Below are positions 20,113-29,892 of a DNA stretch of 64,000 bases, piece after piece. The position numbers and the translations under genes were made by a program. How positions within the stretch are numbered: the stretch's first letter is position 1; each line of letters opens with the position of its first letter. Origin of the DNA: an uncultured Thermoleophilia bacterium (lineage in GTDB: Bacteria; Actinomycetota; Thermoleophilia; UBA2241); NCBI GenBank assembly GCA_963715985.1, contig CAVQSP010000014.1:320001-384000 (forward strand). Reading direction: 5' to 3'. A model generated the notes under the pieces. It made no database searches. It worked only from the letters and a program-made list of their open reading frames with translations, and was not told the origin of the DNA.

Positions 20113-20394
20113 ATGCCGCTCTTCCGCCCATCCGTCGACGTCCGTCCCGTCACCGAGTTCCGCGCCCACGCCTCGGAGGTGCTCGAGCAGGTCCAGTCCA
20201 CGAAGCGTCCGGTGGTGCTCACCCAGCACGGCCGCAGCGCCGCCGTGCTCCTCGACGTCGAGCTCTACGAGGACCTTGTCGAGGAGGTCGCCCTGCTCCG
20301 CGACCTGTGCGCCGCCGAGGCGCAGCTCGACGCCGGCATGGTGGTGCCGCACGAGGAGGTCGAGGCGCGCCTCCGGGAGCGCTACGGACGGTGA
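20113..20394 (+). CDS. Phd/YefM-family antitoxin
   Basis: DVRPVTEFRAHASEVLEQVQSTKRPVVLTQHGRSAAVLLDV. Confidence 0.9.
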   Translation: MPLFRPSVDVRPVTEFRAHASEVLEQVQSTKRPVVLTQHGRSAAVLLDVELYEDLVEEVALLRDLCAAEAQLDAGMVVPHEEVEARLRERYGR

Positions 20395-20687
20395 GGCTGG
20401 TCTGGTCGCGGCTCGCCGACCGGCAGGTCGACGAGGTGCTTGCCTCCATTGCCGCCGACGATGTCGCCGCTGCCGCGCGCTGGCTCGATGAGCTGCTCGA
20501 ACGGGTCGCCGACCTGCGCCGCTTTCCAGACACCGGGCGCATCGTCCCCGAGATCGGGCGTGACGACCTGCGCGAGCTCCTGATCGGCTCCCATCGCGTC
20601 ATCTACCGCCGCAGCAGCGGCGCGGTCGAGATCGTCGCGCTCCGTCATCAGGCGCAGCGATTCGACGAGGACGGACTTGCGCGGTAG
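20391..20687 (+). CDS. ParE/RelE-family toxin
   Basis: RLVWSRLADRQV..FPDTGRIVPEIGRDDLRELLIGSHRVIYR; GTGA overlap. Confidence 0.88.
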   Translation: MRLVWSRLADRQVDEVLASIAADDVAAAARWLDELLERVADLRRFPDTGRIVPEIGRDDLRELLIGSHRVIYRRSSGAVEIVALRHQAQRFDEDGLAR

Positions 20688-20692
20688 CGTGG

Positions 20693-20782
20693 GTCTGACC
20701 AGCGCATCGACCAGATGCGCCCAACGGTGTCTGTAGGAGAGTCCAGGCGCAGCCCGCGCAGGTCATGCGCGGTGCGCCGGCT
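20693..20782 (+). repeat. attC site 13 (degenerate R')
   Basis: GTCTGAC..GCGCATCGACCAG..GCAGGTCATGCGCGGTGC GCCGGCT. Confidence 0.75.
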
Positions 20783-20804
20783 GCACCAAGGCAGGAGGGT
20801 CTTC

Positions 20805-21260
20805 GTGAGTCGGGTCGACGATGCGGCGCAGCTCTTCACAGACGGCAAGTCCTGTTCGCAGGCCGTGTTCGCCGCGTTCGCCCCGTCACTCGGAATGGAT
20901 GCGGCTGAAGCCCTCAGGCTCGCTGCGGGCTTCGGTGGCGGCATGCACATCGGCGGCACGTGTGGAGCGGCAACGGGGGCGGTGCTCGTGCTCGGGCTCC
21001 GGTATGCCGGCGACGACTGCGATGCGGGCCGCAAGACGGTCATGGCCGCAGTCGACGCGTTCTTCGCGCGATTCCTGGCGCAGGTCGGTGCAACAGACTG
21101 TCCCGCGATCCTGGAATGCGACATTCGCTCGTCAGAGGGGGCGGAAACCGTGCGAGAAAAGGGCTTGCGTGAAGCGCGATGCCTGCCCGCAGTATGTGCG
21201 GCGGCCCAGATCCTCGAGGAGATGCTGGAGTCGGACCGCCCAACAAGCGCATCAACCTGA
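20805..21260 (+). CDS. C-GCAxxG-C-C family putative redox protein (cassette)
   Basis: SCSQAV, GFGGGM..TCGAATGA, TDC, RCLPAVC. Confidence 0.88.
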   Translation: MSRVDDAAQLFTDGKSCSQAVFAAFAPSLGMDAAEALRLAAGFGGGMHIGGTCGAATGAVLVLGLRYAGDDCDAGRKTVMAAVDAFFARFLAQVGATDCPAILECDIRSSEGAETVREKGLREARCLPAVCAAAQILEEMLESDRPTSAST

Positions 21261-21324
21261 CTCGCCCACGCGCTGCGCTTCGCTGTCCGCGCGGCGCTCG
21301 CAGGTCATACGCGGTGCGTTAGGC
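21238..21324 (+). repeat. attC site 14
   Basis: GCCCAAC AAGCGCATCAACCTG..CAGGTCATACGCGGTGC GTTAGGC. Confidence 0.9.
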
Positions 21325-21339
21325 CCACAAGGGGGTCGC

Positions 21340-21785
21340 ATGTCGGGGCTCGAGCTGAAGGTCCCTCCGGATGTAGTCTGGCTCGCAGTCGGGGTGATAA
21401 TGTGGCTCGCCTCGAAGGTGACGCCGGGGCTCACCTTCAGATTGCCGCTCCGGCTTCTCGTGGCTGGCGCATGTGTCGCCCTCGGCGTGGGACTCGTCGT
21501 TGGCGCCCGGGTCATGCTGGACCGCGCGCACACGACCTGGCATCCGACCGAGCCCGAGCGCACCACGAGCTTGGTCAGCGGCGGGGTCTTCCGGTTCAGC
21601 CGCAACCCCACATACCTCGGAATGCTGCTCGTCCTCGTCGGTTGGGGGGTGGTCCTGGCCAACCCGCTCGCGTTTGTCCTCGCGGCGATCTTCGCGTTGT
21701 GGATGAGCCGCTATCAGCCCCGGAGGCAGAGGTCAACGGCATTCGGTATGTCGCCATGCGCAAGGAGCGTCCTGCGCGTGGCTGA
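21340..21785 (+). CDS. Isoprenylcysteine carboxyl methyltransferase / PEMT-family membrane protein (3' frameshift)
   Basis: LELKVPP, TTWHP, SLVSGGVFRFSRNPTYLG. Confidence 0.85.
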
Positions 21786-21869
21786 CAAGATGGCATCAAC
21801 CTGACTCGAGAAAGCGATCGCGGCAAGACGAAGCCGCGGCGCTCCGAGGTTATGCGCGGTGCGTCAGGC
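21780..21869 (+). repeat. attC site 15 (GAC/GTC)
   Basis: GGCTGAC..GCATCAACCTG..AGGTTATGCGCGGTGC GTCAGGC; interior nearly identical to site 2. Confidence 0.85.
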
Positions 21870-22814
21870 AGTCCTGTTCACCGTCACTGCCACGTTGCCC
21901 CGCTTGTGCCCAAGCTCCACGTACCTGTGGGCGGCGACGATCTGGTCGAACGCATAGCACCTGTCGTTGACCGGTGTGATCCGCCGCGCTTCCACGAGTC
22001 CTCTCACCTTGTCGAGGCGCTGGGAGCTCAACTCGAGGGACCCATCGTCGATCGAGACGAACGTGCCGCCGTCCGCAAGCGCTCGCCGGCACGCCTCCTT
22101 GAGCGCGGATGTCCTTCGCTTTCCGACCGCGTCGAGCACGACGTCGTACCGTTCCAGCTCTGACAGCGACTGCTCGTCGGTGTAGTCCAGCACTCGGTCT
22201 GCTCCCAGCGCGGTCACGAAGCGAGCATTGCGTGCGCTGCACACACCAGTGACGTCGGCACCGAGATGCTTCGCGTACTGCACCGCGATCGTCCCCGCGG
22301 TGCCGGACGCCCCGTACACGAGCACCTTCTGGTTCGGTCTGACGCCGGCCTTGTCGAGATACTGCAACGCCAGCAGACCACCGTACGCGGCCGAGGTAGC
22401 TTCTTCGTGGCTGGTGTTGGCCGGCTTCAGCGCGATGCAGCCCTGCTTCGAGTCGTCTTCCTTCATGCACTTGTAGTCTGCATACGCGCCGAGAGAGAAG
22501 CCGGTGAGGCCGAAGACCTGATCGCCGGCCTTGAAGCGCCTCGTCCTCGCGCCCACCTGCACGACTTCTCCGGAGAGCACCTCACCGATGATGGGGTGCC
22601 TCGGCCTGGTGATGCCGAGCATCAGGCGCATCGGAATGCGGAAGCGCAGTGGGATCTGCGAGCCCCTGATGAAGAGGTCGCTGTTCGTCACCGAGGTGGC
22701 GTAGATCTTGATCAGGACTTCGTCGTCTCTTGGCACGGGCCTCTCGTACTCCACGATCTTCAGCACGTCGGGAGGGCCGTACTTCGTACAGGCGATAGCC
22801 TTCATGGTCTCCAT
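21864..22814 (-). CDS. NAD(P)-dependent MDR-family (quinone oxidoreductase-like) dehydrogenase
   Basis: MKAIACTKYGPPDVL, VLVYGASGTAG, GADRVLDYT, AHRYVELGHKRGNV. Confidence 0.9.
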   Translation of the reverse strand: METMKAIACTKYGPPDVLKIVEYERPVPRDDEVLIKIYATSVTNSDLFIRGSQIPLRFRIPMRLMLGITRPRHPIIGEVLSGEVVQVGARTRRFKAGDQVFGLTGFSLGAYADYKCMKEDDSKQGCIALKPANTSHEEATSAAYGGLLALQYLDKAGVRPNQKVLVYGASGTAGTIAVQYAKHLGADVTGVCSARNARFVTALGADRVLDYTDEQSLSELERYDVVLDAVGKRRTSALKEACRRALADGGTFVSIDDGSLELSSQRLDKVRGLVEARRITPVNDRCYAFDQIVAAHRYVELGHKRGNVAVTVNRTA

Positions 22815-22841
22815 GGATACTCCTTCGTGATGCGGTAGCTG

Positions 22842-23574
22842 CTAGCTCGCAGGGCTCGGGTCGGTCAGGCAGGGTGCTCCGGAGTCGACGAGCCTTCACG
22901 CCCCTCACGAGGAGCCACAGCGACAGCCCCACTTCGGCGACGAAGCTCACGACGAGCCCGGGAGAGGTGATCGCGGGGTGGGCCGGCAGTAGCAGGGCCT
23001 GAACGAACCAGATCAGGACGGCGATCCCGTCAAGCAGCAGAAGGACGCCCAGGAACCGGGGAAGGTAGCCGGACTTGTAGACCAGGTAGCCGAGCGGGAA
23101 CAGCCACGTGCCGAAGAACAGCTGGGCGGTGACGAAGCCCGTCTTGTACACGTTGATGGACAGGTACCCCAGCCCCTCCAGCTGGGCCGCCGAGTAGGCC
23201 TGCATGTGACTGCCCGCGTCGCCCATCAGGAGCGCGGAGAGCAGCGGGAACATGCTCGCGCACTGTATGGCGACACCGACCGTGTTGAGCAGGAGGAAGA
23301 GCAGCGCCAGATGCTTGTTGACCGGTCGCAGAAGGACGTAGAGACCCCAGGCGGCCATGAGGAAGAGGAACGCCGAGATCAGCCCGACGACAAGAGCCAG
23401 GCGGAAGGATGATGGGTTCGTGACGACCGACTGGTAGACCTGCTGCGCGCTGCCCAGCCCGATGTGCCCCAGCCTGTCGGCGAGCACGGACGTCAGGATG
23501 AACGCGAGGTAGCAGCCGCCCGTGATCCTGGCCAGCCTGTCCGGCGCCAGGCGATCTGTGATGCTGTGGGACAT
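22842..23574 (-). CDS. DUF4386-family membrane protein (3' end approximate)
   Basis: ARITGGCYL, LYVLLRPVNK, FFGTWLFPLGYLVYKSGYLPRFLG, LWLLVRGV. Confidence 0.85.
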
Positions 23575-23609
23575 TGCGGTCCCTCCTCTTCTGTCGTTCG
23601 ACGTGCGGA

Positions 23610-23924
23610 TCACGAGATGCTCGCTGACGGCTTGGCGCCCGTCTCTTTCCGAGCGGCGGTGGCGTTGGAGTGGGGAGTCCTGGGGCACGGGGCCCGTGCG
23701 ACGGAGAGCAGCGGCACGCCCAGATCGCGGATCCTCCTCAGCAGGCCATGCAGGGCGGCCTGATCGGCTACCGGTCCGCTGAGGAGCGTCGTGCCGTCCT
23801 CTTTCGGCGTGACGGTCAGGCCCTCGAACCAGTCTGACCATTCGCGGTCGAGATGGCCTTCGATCCTGATCTCGTAGATCGTCGGCTGCCCTGGATCAGG
23901 TTGGGGATCAGGTGTGCTCGGCAT
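23610..23924 (-). CDS. Small conserved protein typically found next to MalT-like LuxR regulators
   Basis: YEIRIEGHLDREWSDWFEGLTV..GPVADQAALHGLLRRIRDLGVPLLSV. Confidence 0.8.
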   Translation of the reverse strand: MPSTPDPQPDPGQPTIYEIRIEGHLDREWSDWFEGLTVTPKEDGTTLLSGPVADQAALHGLLRRIRDLGVPLLSVARAPCPRTPHSNATAARKETGAKPSASIS

Positions 23925-24019
23925 CGGCCTGTGTCCGTTCTCGCGGGTGATGACGGTGCGTGCCACCAGCTCGGTGTACGGGCAGGCTAGGCGTGCCGGA
24001 GTGCCTGCGGTAGACACTT

Positions 24020-24055
24020 CGGTGTGGGTCGGAGTGTTGTTCTGAGTGTTGTTCT
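24020..24055 (-). promoter_or_regulatory. 12-bp tandem repeat AGAACAACACTC x2 plus a degenerate third copy; candidate regulator sites
   Basis: GAGTGTTGTTCT at 24032 and 24044, between the regulator and its downstream operon. Confidence 0.5.
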
Positions 24056-24106
24056 GGGGTGATGAGGAGCGGAGCGCGGAGGCCGGCGGGGCGCGGGGGG
24101 CTGCGT

Positions 24107-26780
24107 CTACAGCAGGCCCAGCTCCCCGGCGCGGGCGACGGCCTCGGTGCGCCGCTGCACGTTGAGCTTCTCGAAGATGCGGCGGTTGTGGCCCTTGACC
24201 GTGTCCAGGGCCAGGAAGAGCCGCTGGCCGATCTCCCGATTCGAGAGGCCTTGGGCGATCAGCCGCAGGACTTCGAGCTCGCGTTGGCTGAGCGGCTCGG
24301 CCGACGACGAAGGACCGGGAGCGGGGGATGCCGGAGCGGAGGCTGCCGGTCGTCCGCCCTTCGTCTCCCGCCGGAAGGCGGCCAGGAGCCGGCCTACGTA
24401 GTCCGGCCGGATACCCTGCGCGGCCGCCGCGGACAGGAGCTCCGCCATCGGAGCCCCTTCATCCACGAAGAGACGGATGAAGCCGCCGGGCTCGGCCAGC
24501 GCCAGCGCCTCGCCCAACGAGTGCGCCGCCGCGCCCTCGTCCGCCCCGCCCTCTTCCTCGAGCGCGTGCTGGGCAACGGCTTGCAGCACTAGCGTCCTCA
24601 GCCGTTCGTCCGCCCAGCCCTGGGCCTGCAGGCGCTGGCCCAAGGGTCCCAGCACCGCCAGCGCTGCGCCCGGATCGCCCTGGGCGATGAGCACGCGCGC
24701 CTGGCTGTGCGGGAGGTCGTACTGCCCGGCAAGTCGAGCGGCAGCGGCGACCTGGTCCTGTCTGATCAAGATGAGGACCTGCGCGGCGGCGATCTCCGGC
24801 AGCCGCATGATGAAGGCGTTGTCCTGCGCGGATCGTTGCGCCTCGGCCAGCATCGTCGCCGCGCCCTCCGCATCGCCCCGGGCCAGTGCCACGCGGGCGA
24901 GGAAGACGTCGCCGGCGATGGATCGGTCGATCGCGCGGTCGTAGAGCCGGGCCAGATCCCGGCTCTGCTGCGCGTGCCGTTCGGCGGCATCCAGGTCGTC
25001 CCACTCGTAGGAGATGGAGGCCAGGCTGAGATGCGCTTCCTCGACGTTCGGCAGCGGCTGGTCGCCGGCGAGCTCCAGCACTCGCCGGTAGCTCTCGGCC
25101 GCCTGGTGGAGCTGGTTGTCCAGCTCCTGCACCTTGCCCAGGGCCTCGGACGCCAGCATCCTCGAGAACACGTGCCCGGATCTCTCGGCGAGCTCGACAC
25201 ACTCCCGGCAGGCGCGAGCGGCGGCCGACCCGATCGCCCCCAAAGAGCTGGGCGTACGTCGCCGCCCACGCGGCGGTGAAGCGGAAGGGCAGGTTCTCGG
25301 GGCGCAGGTACTCCTGGGCACGACGTGCCTGGGCGGCCATCGTCTGGACGTCGTAGCGGGTGAACGCCAGGGTGGCCCTGGCACAGGCTATCTGCCCGAT
25401 CAGGTCGCGGACCTCCTCGTCGAGGTCAACGCCCTGCAGCGCCTGCTCGGCCGCCTGCAGCTTCTCCTCGACCCCCGTCGTCTGCGCGGCCATCAACGTC
25501 ACCGTGGCGGAGCGCACCAGCAGCCGGGGTCGTGCCTCGAGCACCGCTCCTGGGAGGGAGGCCAGCCAGTCCAGGATGGGCATCAACACGCTGCGCAGAT
25601 GCAGGTCCATGTCCGAGCTGTCGATGAGACGCTCCGCGCGCTCCACGTCGTCGGCTGCCGTCGCGTGCTGGAAGGCCTCGAGGAGCCGGCCCTCGCGCTC
25701 GTACCATTCACTGGCCCGGAGGTGCAGGTCGGCGATCTCCTCCGCCGAGGCACTCTGCCCCAGCCGGCGCTGCAGCAGGTCGCCGAAGAGATGGTGGTAG
25801 CGGAACCAGCGCCGTTCGTCGTCCAGAGGGATGATGAACAGGTTCGCGCGCTCTATGGCCCGCAGGGTCTCATCGCTCGCGCCGGCCGGGGCGCGCAGGA
25901 GCGCGTCGCACAAGGGGCCGCACAGGCGGTCGAGGACGGACGTGCGCAGCAAGAACGTCTGGACCTCGGCGGGCTGTCGCTGCAGGACCTCCTCGAGCAG
26001 GTAGTCCAGCACGAAGCGGTGGCTCCCGGTGAAGGAGCGGATGAAGCCGGCGGCATCCGGGAGTCCCTGGAGGGAGATGGCCGCCATCTGCAGTCCGGCG
26101 ATCCAGCCCTCGGTGCGGGTCTCCAACGCCTCGATGTCGTCTGCTGAGAGGTCGAGACCCGCCGCCCGCTTGAGGAACTCGGTGGCTTCAGCGGGCGTGA
26201 ACCGCAGGTCGGCGGCGCGCAGCTCGGTCAGCTGGCCGCGGGCGCGCAGCCGGGCGAGGGGCAGACGTGGGTCCTCGCGGGTGGCGATGACGAGATGCAT
26301 CCGCGGCGGCAGGTGCTCGAGCAGAAACGCGAGGGCCTCGTCGTCCGGCCTGGAATCGAGCACATGGTAGTCGTCCAGGATGAGCACGAAGTCGTCGGGG
26401 ACGGTGCTGAGCTCATTGACGATGGTCGTGAGGATCGACTCGATCGGCGGCGGCTGAGGCGACTGGAGCGCGACCATCACCCCGCTGCCGATCTCCGGTG
26501 CGATCGTCCGCGAGGCGGCGACGAGGTAGGTCAGGAAACTCGAGGGATCGTCATCTCTCTGATCGAGCGACAGCCAGGCGACCGGTCGCCCACACCCGAC
26601 GGCCCATTCGGCGACCAGTGTGGTCTTGCCGAAGCCCGCGGGTGCAGAGACGAGGGTCAGCTGCCCGTGCGTGCCCTCGTTCAGCCGCTCCATCAAGCGG
26701 GGGCGGGCGACTACGCCGGGCCGAGGCGGCGGGACGTACAGCTTCGTCAAGAGAAGTGGGGCAGGCGCTCCGTTGGTCAC
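24107..26780 (-). CDS. MalT-like STAND ATPase / LuxR-HTH transcriptional regulator (apparent frameshift ~25235)
   Basis: LLTKLYVPP, APAGFGKTT, LILDDYH, TEGWIAGLQ, WFRYHHLF, C-terminal LSQRELEVLRLIAQGLSNREI. Confidence 0.92.
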
Positions 26781-26945
26781 AGCCGCTCCAGGAGCCGAGT
26801 CACGGCAAACTCAGGACCAGTCTATCCGTTCCTGCCTTGCCGTTCCCTCCGAGTAGGCGGAGCGCGCCCATCCCCGGACGGTGGGGATAGCGTATCGTTC
26901 CACTTCAGGAAGGGCCATGTTGCAGGTGGTCTCTGGATTCGCGCT

Positions 26946-27032
26946 ACCTGACGATCGCGTCAACCTCGCGCGGCCCAGCGCCGCGATACACTGCGGTCGC
27001 AGCGCGCGCAGGTCTTGCGCTGCACGTTGGAC
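26946..27032 (+). repeat. attC site 16
   Basis: ACCTGAC..CGCGTCAACCTCGCGCG..CGCGCGCAGGTCTTGCG..GTTGGAC. Confidence 0.75.
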
Positions 27033-27062
27033 CGACATCACAGGAGACGCATCGGGGGGACC

Positions 27063-28034
27063 ATGAAGGCAGTCGTGCAGACCGAGTACGGCACGCCGGA
27101 CGTCATGCGGCTCGCGGACGTCGACACTCCCTCAGTCCGCGAGAACGAAGTCCTCGTGCGCGTTCGTGCCGCCTCCGTGAACCCGCCGGACTGGGCCGGA
27201 GTGCATGGCGCGCCGTACATCGTCCGCCTGGCCTTCGGGCTGCGCAGGCCCAAGCTCGGCATCCGCGGCACCGACCTGGCGGGCACAGTCGAGGCGCTCG
27301 GCGCGAACGTGACACGGCTGTCTGTCGGTGACGAGGTCTTCGGCGTCGGCGTCGGCACCTTCGCGGAGTATGCGGTCGCAAAGGAAGAGCACCTCGCGCC
27401 GAAGCCGGCCGGCATCACGTTCGAACAGGCTGCAGCCACGGGGATGGCCGCATTGACCGCGCTCCAGGCGCTGCGTGACGCCGGTCGCATCCGGGCGGGA
27501 CAGAAGGTGCTCATCGTCGGCGCCGGCGGCGGGATCGGCACGTTCGCCGTCCAGATCGCGAAGTCCTTTGGCGCGCACGTGACCGGCGTCTGCAGCACGT
27601 CGAAGCAGGAGCTGGTCCGCTCGCTCGGCGCCGACAACGTCATCGACTACACGGCGGAGGACTTCACGCAGGGCGGAGAACGCTACGACCTCATCTTCGA
27701 CAATGTGCTGCGACACTCGCTGTCCGAGCTCCTGCGTGCGCTCAATCGCAGCGGCACACTCGTGCCCAACGGCGGTCAGTTCTACAAGCGCTGGTTCGGG
27801 AGCGTCGGTGTCCTCATGGTCAAGGCGCCGCTGCTCTCGCTGTTCGTGCCGCAGCGGATCCGCGTGTGCACGGAGCGCCCAAGGCAGGACGATCTGCTCG
27901 TTCTGAAGCAACTCATCGAGTCCGGGAAGCTGATGCCGGTCGTCGGCCGGACGTACCGTCTGGACCAGGCCGGCGAAGCCATCTCCCACTTCGGGGAGGG
28001 GCACGCAGAGGGCAAGGTCGTCATCACTCCCTGA
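27063..28034 (+). CDS. NAD(P)-dependent MDR-family dehydrogenase (cassette)
   Basis: MKAVVQTEYGTPDV, AASVNPPDW, VLIVGAGGGIGTFAVQIAK, GHAEGKVVI. Confidence 0.9.
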   Translation: MKAVVQTEYGTPDVMRLADVDTPSVRENEVLVRVRAASVNPPDWAGVHGAPYIVRLAFGLRRPKLGIRGTDLAGTVEALGANVTRLSVGDEVFGVGVGTFAEYAVAKEEHLAPKPAGITFEQAAATGMAALTALQALRDAGRIRAGQKVLIVGAGGGIGTFAVQIAKSFGAHVTGVCSTSKQELVRSLGADNVIDYTAEDFTQGGERYDLIFDNVLRHSLSELLRALNRSGTLVPNGGQFYKRWFGSVGVLMVKAPLLSLFVPQRIRVCTERPRQDDLLVLKQLIESGKLMPVVGRTYRLDQAGEAISHFGEGHAEGKVVITP

Positions 28035-28058
28035 GGCTGGGGAGCGGACCCGCCTGCG

Positions 28059-28147
28059 GTCCAGCAAGCGCATCGACCCGACGTGCCCAAGCCTTCTGTA
28101 GTGACCTCAGACCGCAGCCCGCTCAGGCCATGCGCGGTGCGATAGAC
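28059..28147 (+). repeat. attC site 17 (degenerate)
   Basis: GTCCAGC AAGCGCATCGACC..CAGGCCATGCGCGGTGC GATAGAC. Confidence 0.7.
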
Positions 28148-28174
28148 CGCCCACTCAAGCCAGACGACTCGCCC

Positions 28175-28570
28175 TCAGCTCGCGGCCTTGCGCACGATGG
28201 CGGCGAGCTTGGCCTCGGTCGCGTCGTCCAGCGCGGTGAAGAACCAGGCCGATTCACGGAGCTGGTGCGGCGCGCCCTCCTCGAGGCTGAGGTTCGCCTT
28301 GTCGGTGAGGCCGAACGTCATGTATGTGTCCGCGCGGAAGAAGCAGACGACCGGACCGTCCTTCGCGTACGCCGGCATGCCGTACCACGTGGTCGCCTGC
28401 AGAACGGGCGCGCTGCGCAGGACGAGTGCGTGGAGACGCTCGCCCATGGCGCCGTAGGGTTCCGGCATCGCGGCGATCTTCGCGAGCGCTGCAGCCTCGC
28501 TGTCACCCTTCTTCACAGCCGGCTTCGCGGCCTTCTTCCTCGCCTCTTTGCCCGCCTTGTTCTCAGCCAT
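28175..28570 (-). CDS. DUF1801-family protein (inverted cassette)
   Basis: ALAKIAAMPEP, TWYGMPAYAKDG, YMTFG. Confidence 0.82.
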   Translation of the reverse strand: MAENKAGKEARKKAAKPAVKKGDSEAAALAKIAAMPEPYGAMGERLHALVLRSAPVLQATTWYGMPAYAKDGPVVCFFRADTYMTFGLTDKANLSLEEGAPHQLRESAWFFTALDDATEAKLAAIVRKAAS

Positions 28571-28733
28571 TGCTACTCCCGCTTCCGGTGTCTTGTCGTT
28601 GGGGCTCCAAGTCCGGTTGCCGCTCGGACCCGCGATCGGGGTCGCGGCATCTCACGGAGCTCGTATGTGATACCCGCACGGCTCGGTGGCCAAGAGCACC
28701 GCTCGCCCGGAGGCTCGCGGCACGCCGGTGGCC

Positions 28734-28816
28734 GTCCGACAGGCGCATCGAGCGGACGGCGCACGCTACACTGGTCCCATCGCGCGTGAGCGCCGCTCAT
28801 CCGTGGTGCGTTCGAC
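28734..28816 (+). repeat. attC site 18
   Basis: GTCCGAC..GCGCAT(C)GAGCGG(A)CG..CGCCGCTCATCCG..GTTCGAC. Confidence 0.8.
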
Positions 28817-28847
28817 AGACCCAAGACCCTCGGCAGGAGAGGACTCC

Positions 28848-29835
28848 GTGTCCGTTCAGCCTGACATCCATCGCCACGTGTGCGTCTTCGGCGTCGGCGG
28901 CGTCGGCGGCTACTTCGGCGGCCGACTCGCGTGGTGGCTGGCGAGTCAGACTGCTCCGACCTGGCACGTCCATTTCGTCGCGCGTGGCGCGCATCTGGCC
29001 GCGATCGACAGTCGCGGTCTTGAGCTGGACACTCCCGGCGCGCGGCTGACGTGCGTGCCTGCTTCTGCGTCTTCGGACATGAAGCGCTTGCCCGTTCCCG
29101 ACGTGGTGCTGCTGTGCGTCAAGGGCTACGGCCTGGACGAGGCGCTGCGGCAGATCGCCGCCCACTGCGGCGAGGACGCCGTGGTCATCCCGCTGCTGAA
29201 CGGCGTGGACATCCACGAGAGGATCCGCGTTCATCTCCCCAAGGCTCGCGTGCTTCCCGCGTGCGTCTTCGTCGGCACTCACGTGGACCGGCCCGGGGTC
29301 GTCTCACAGGCGGGCGGCGACGGGGTCATCGTCCTCGGCGGCGACCCCGATGACCCTGACTTCGTGCCGGTGTCGTTCCTCTCGCTGCTCGAAGATGCCG
29401 GCATCCGTTTCACCTGGTTCGACGACCCCCGCCCCGCGATCTGGGAGAAGTACGTGTTCATCTCGGCGCTTCGGGCTGGTGACCGCCGCTTCGCGGAAGA
29501 CCCTCGGCGCTGTCCTCACAGACGCCCGTCTCCTCGAGGATGCTCGCGAGATCATGCGCGAGGTCGCCAGTCTCGCGGTTCGCGAGGGTGTCGTTCTCGA
29601 TCCCGAAGTCGTCTCCACTGCCGTGGCCAAGGCACGTGGATTCCCCTTCGAGACAAAGACGTCGTTTCAGCGAGACGTGGAGTCGGGGGGCCAGGACGAA
29701 GGTGACCTGTTCGGGGGTACGATCCTTCGTCTGGGGAGGCGGCACGGGGTGCCCACCCCGACGACACAGCGCGTCTACGCTCAGGTGCGTGAGGGCGCAA
29801 CAGGGGCACTCTCGGCCGAGCGCAGCTCCGGGTAG
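28848..29835 (+). CDS. panE: 2-dehydropantoate 2-reductase family (apparent frameshift ~29470)
   Basis: GVGGVGGYFG, LCVKGY, PLLNGVD, IWEKYVF, KTSFQRD. Confidence 0.85.
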
Positions 29836-29892
29836 AATCCGCACATGGCGGTGACCCCCACGTGTCATAGGCCTCGGGACCAAGGAAGAGAA

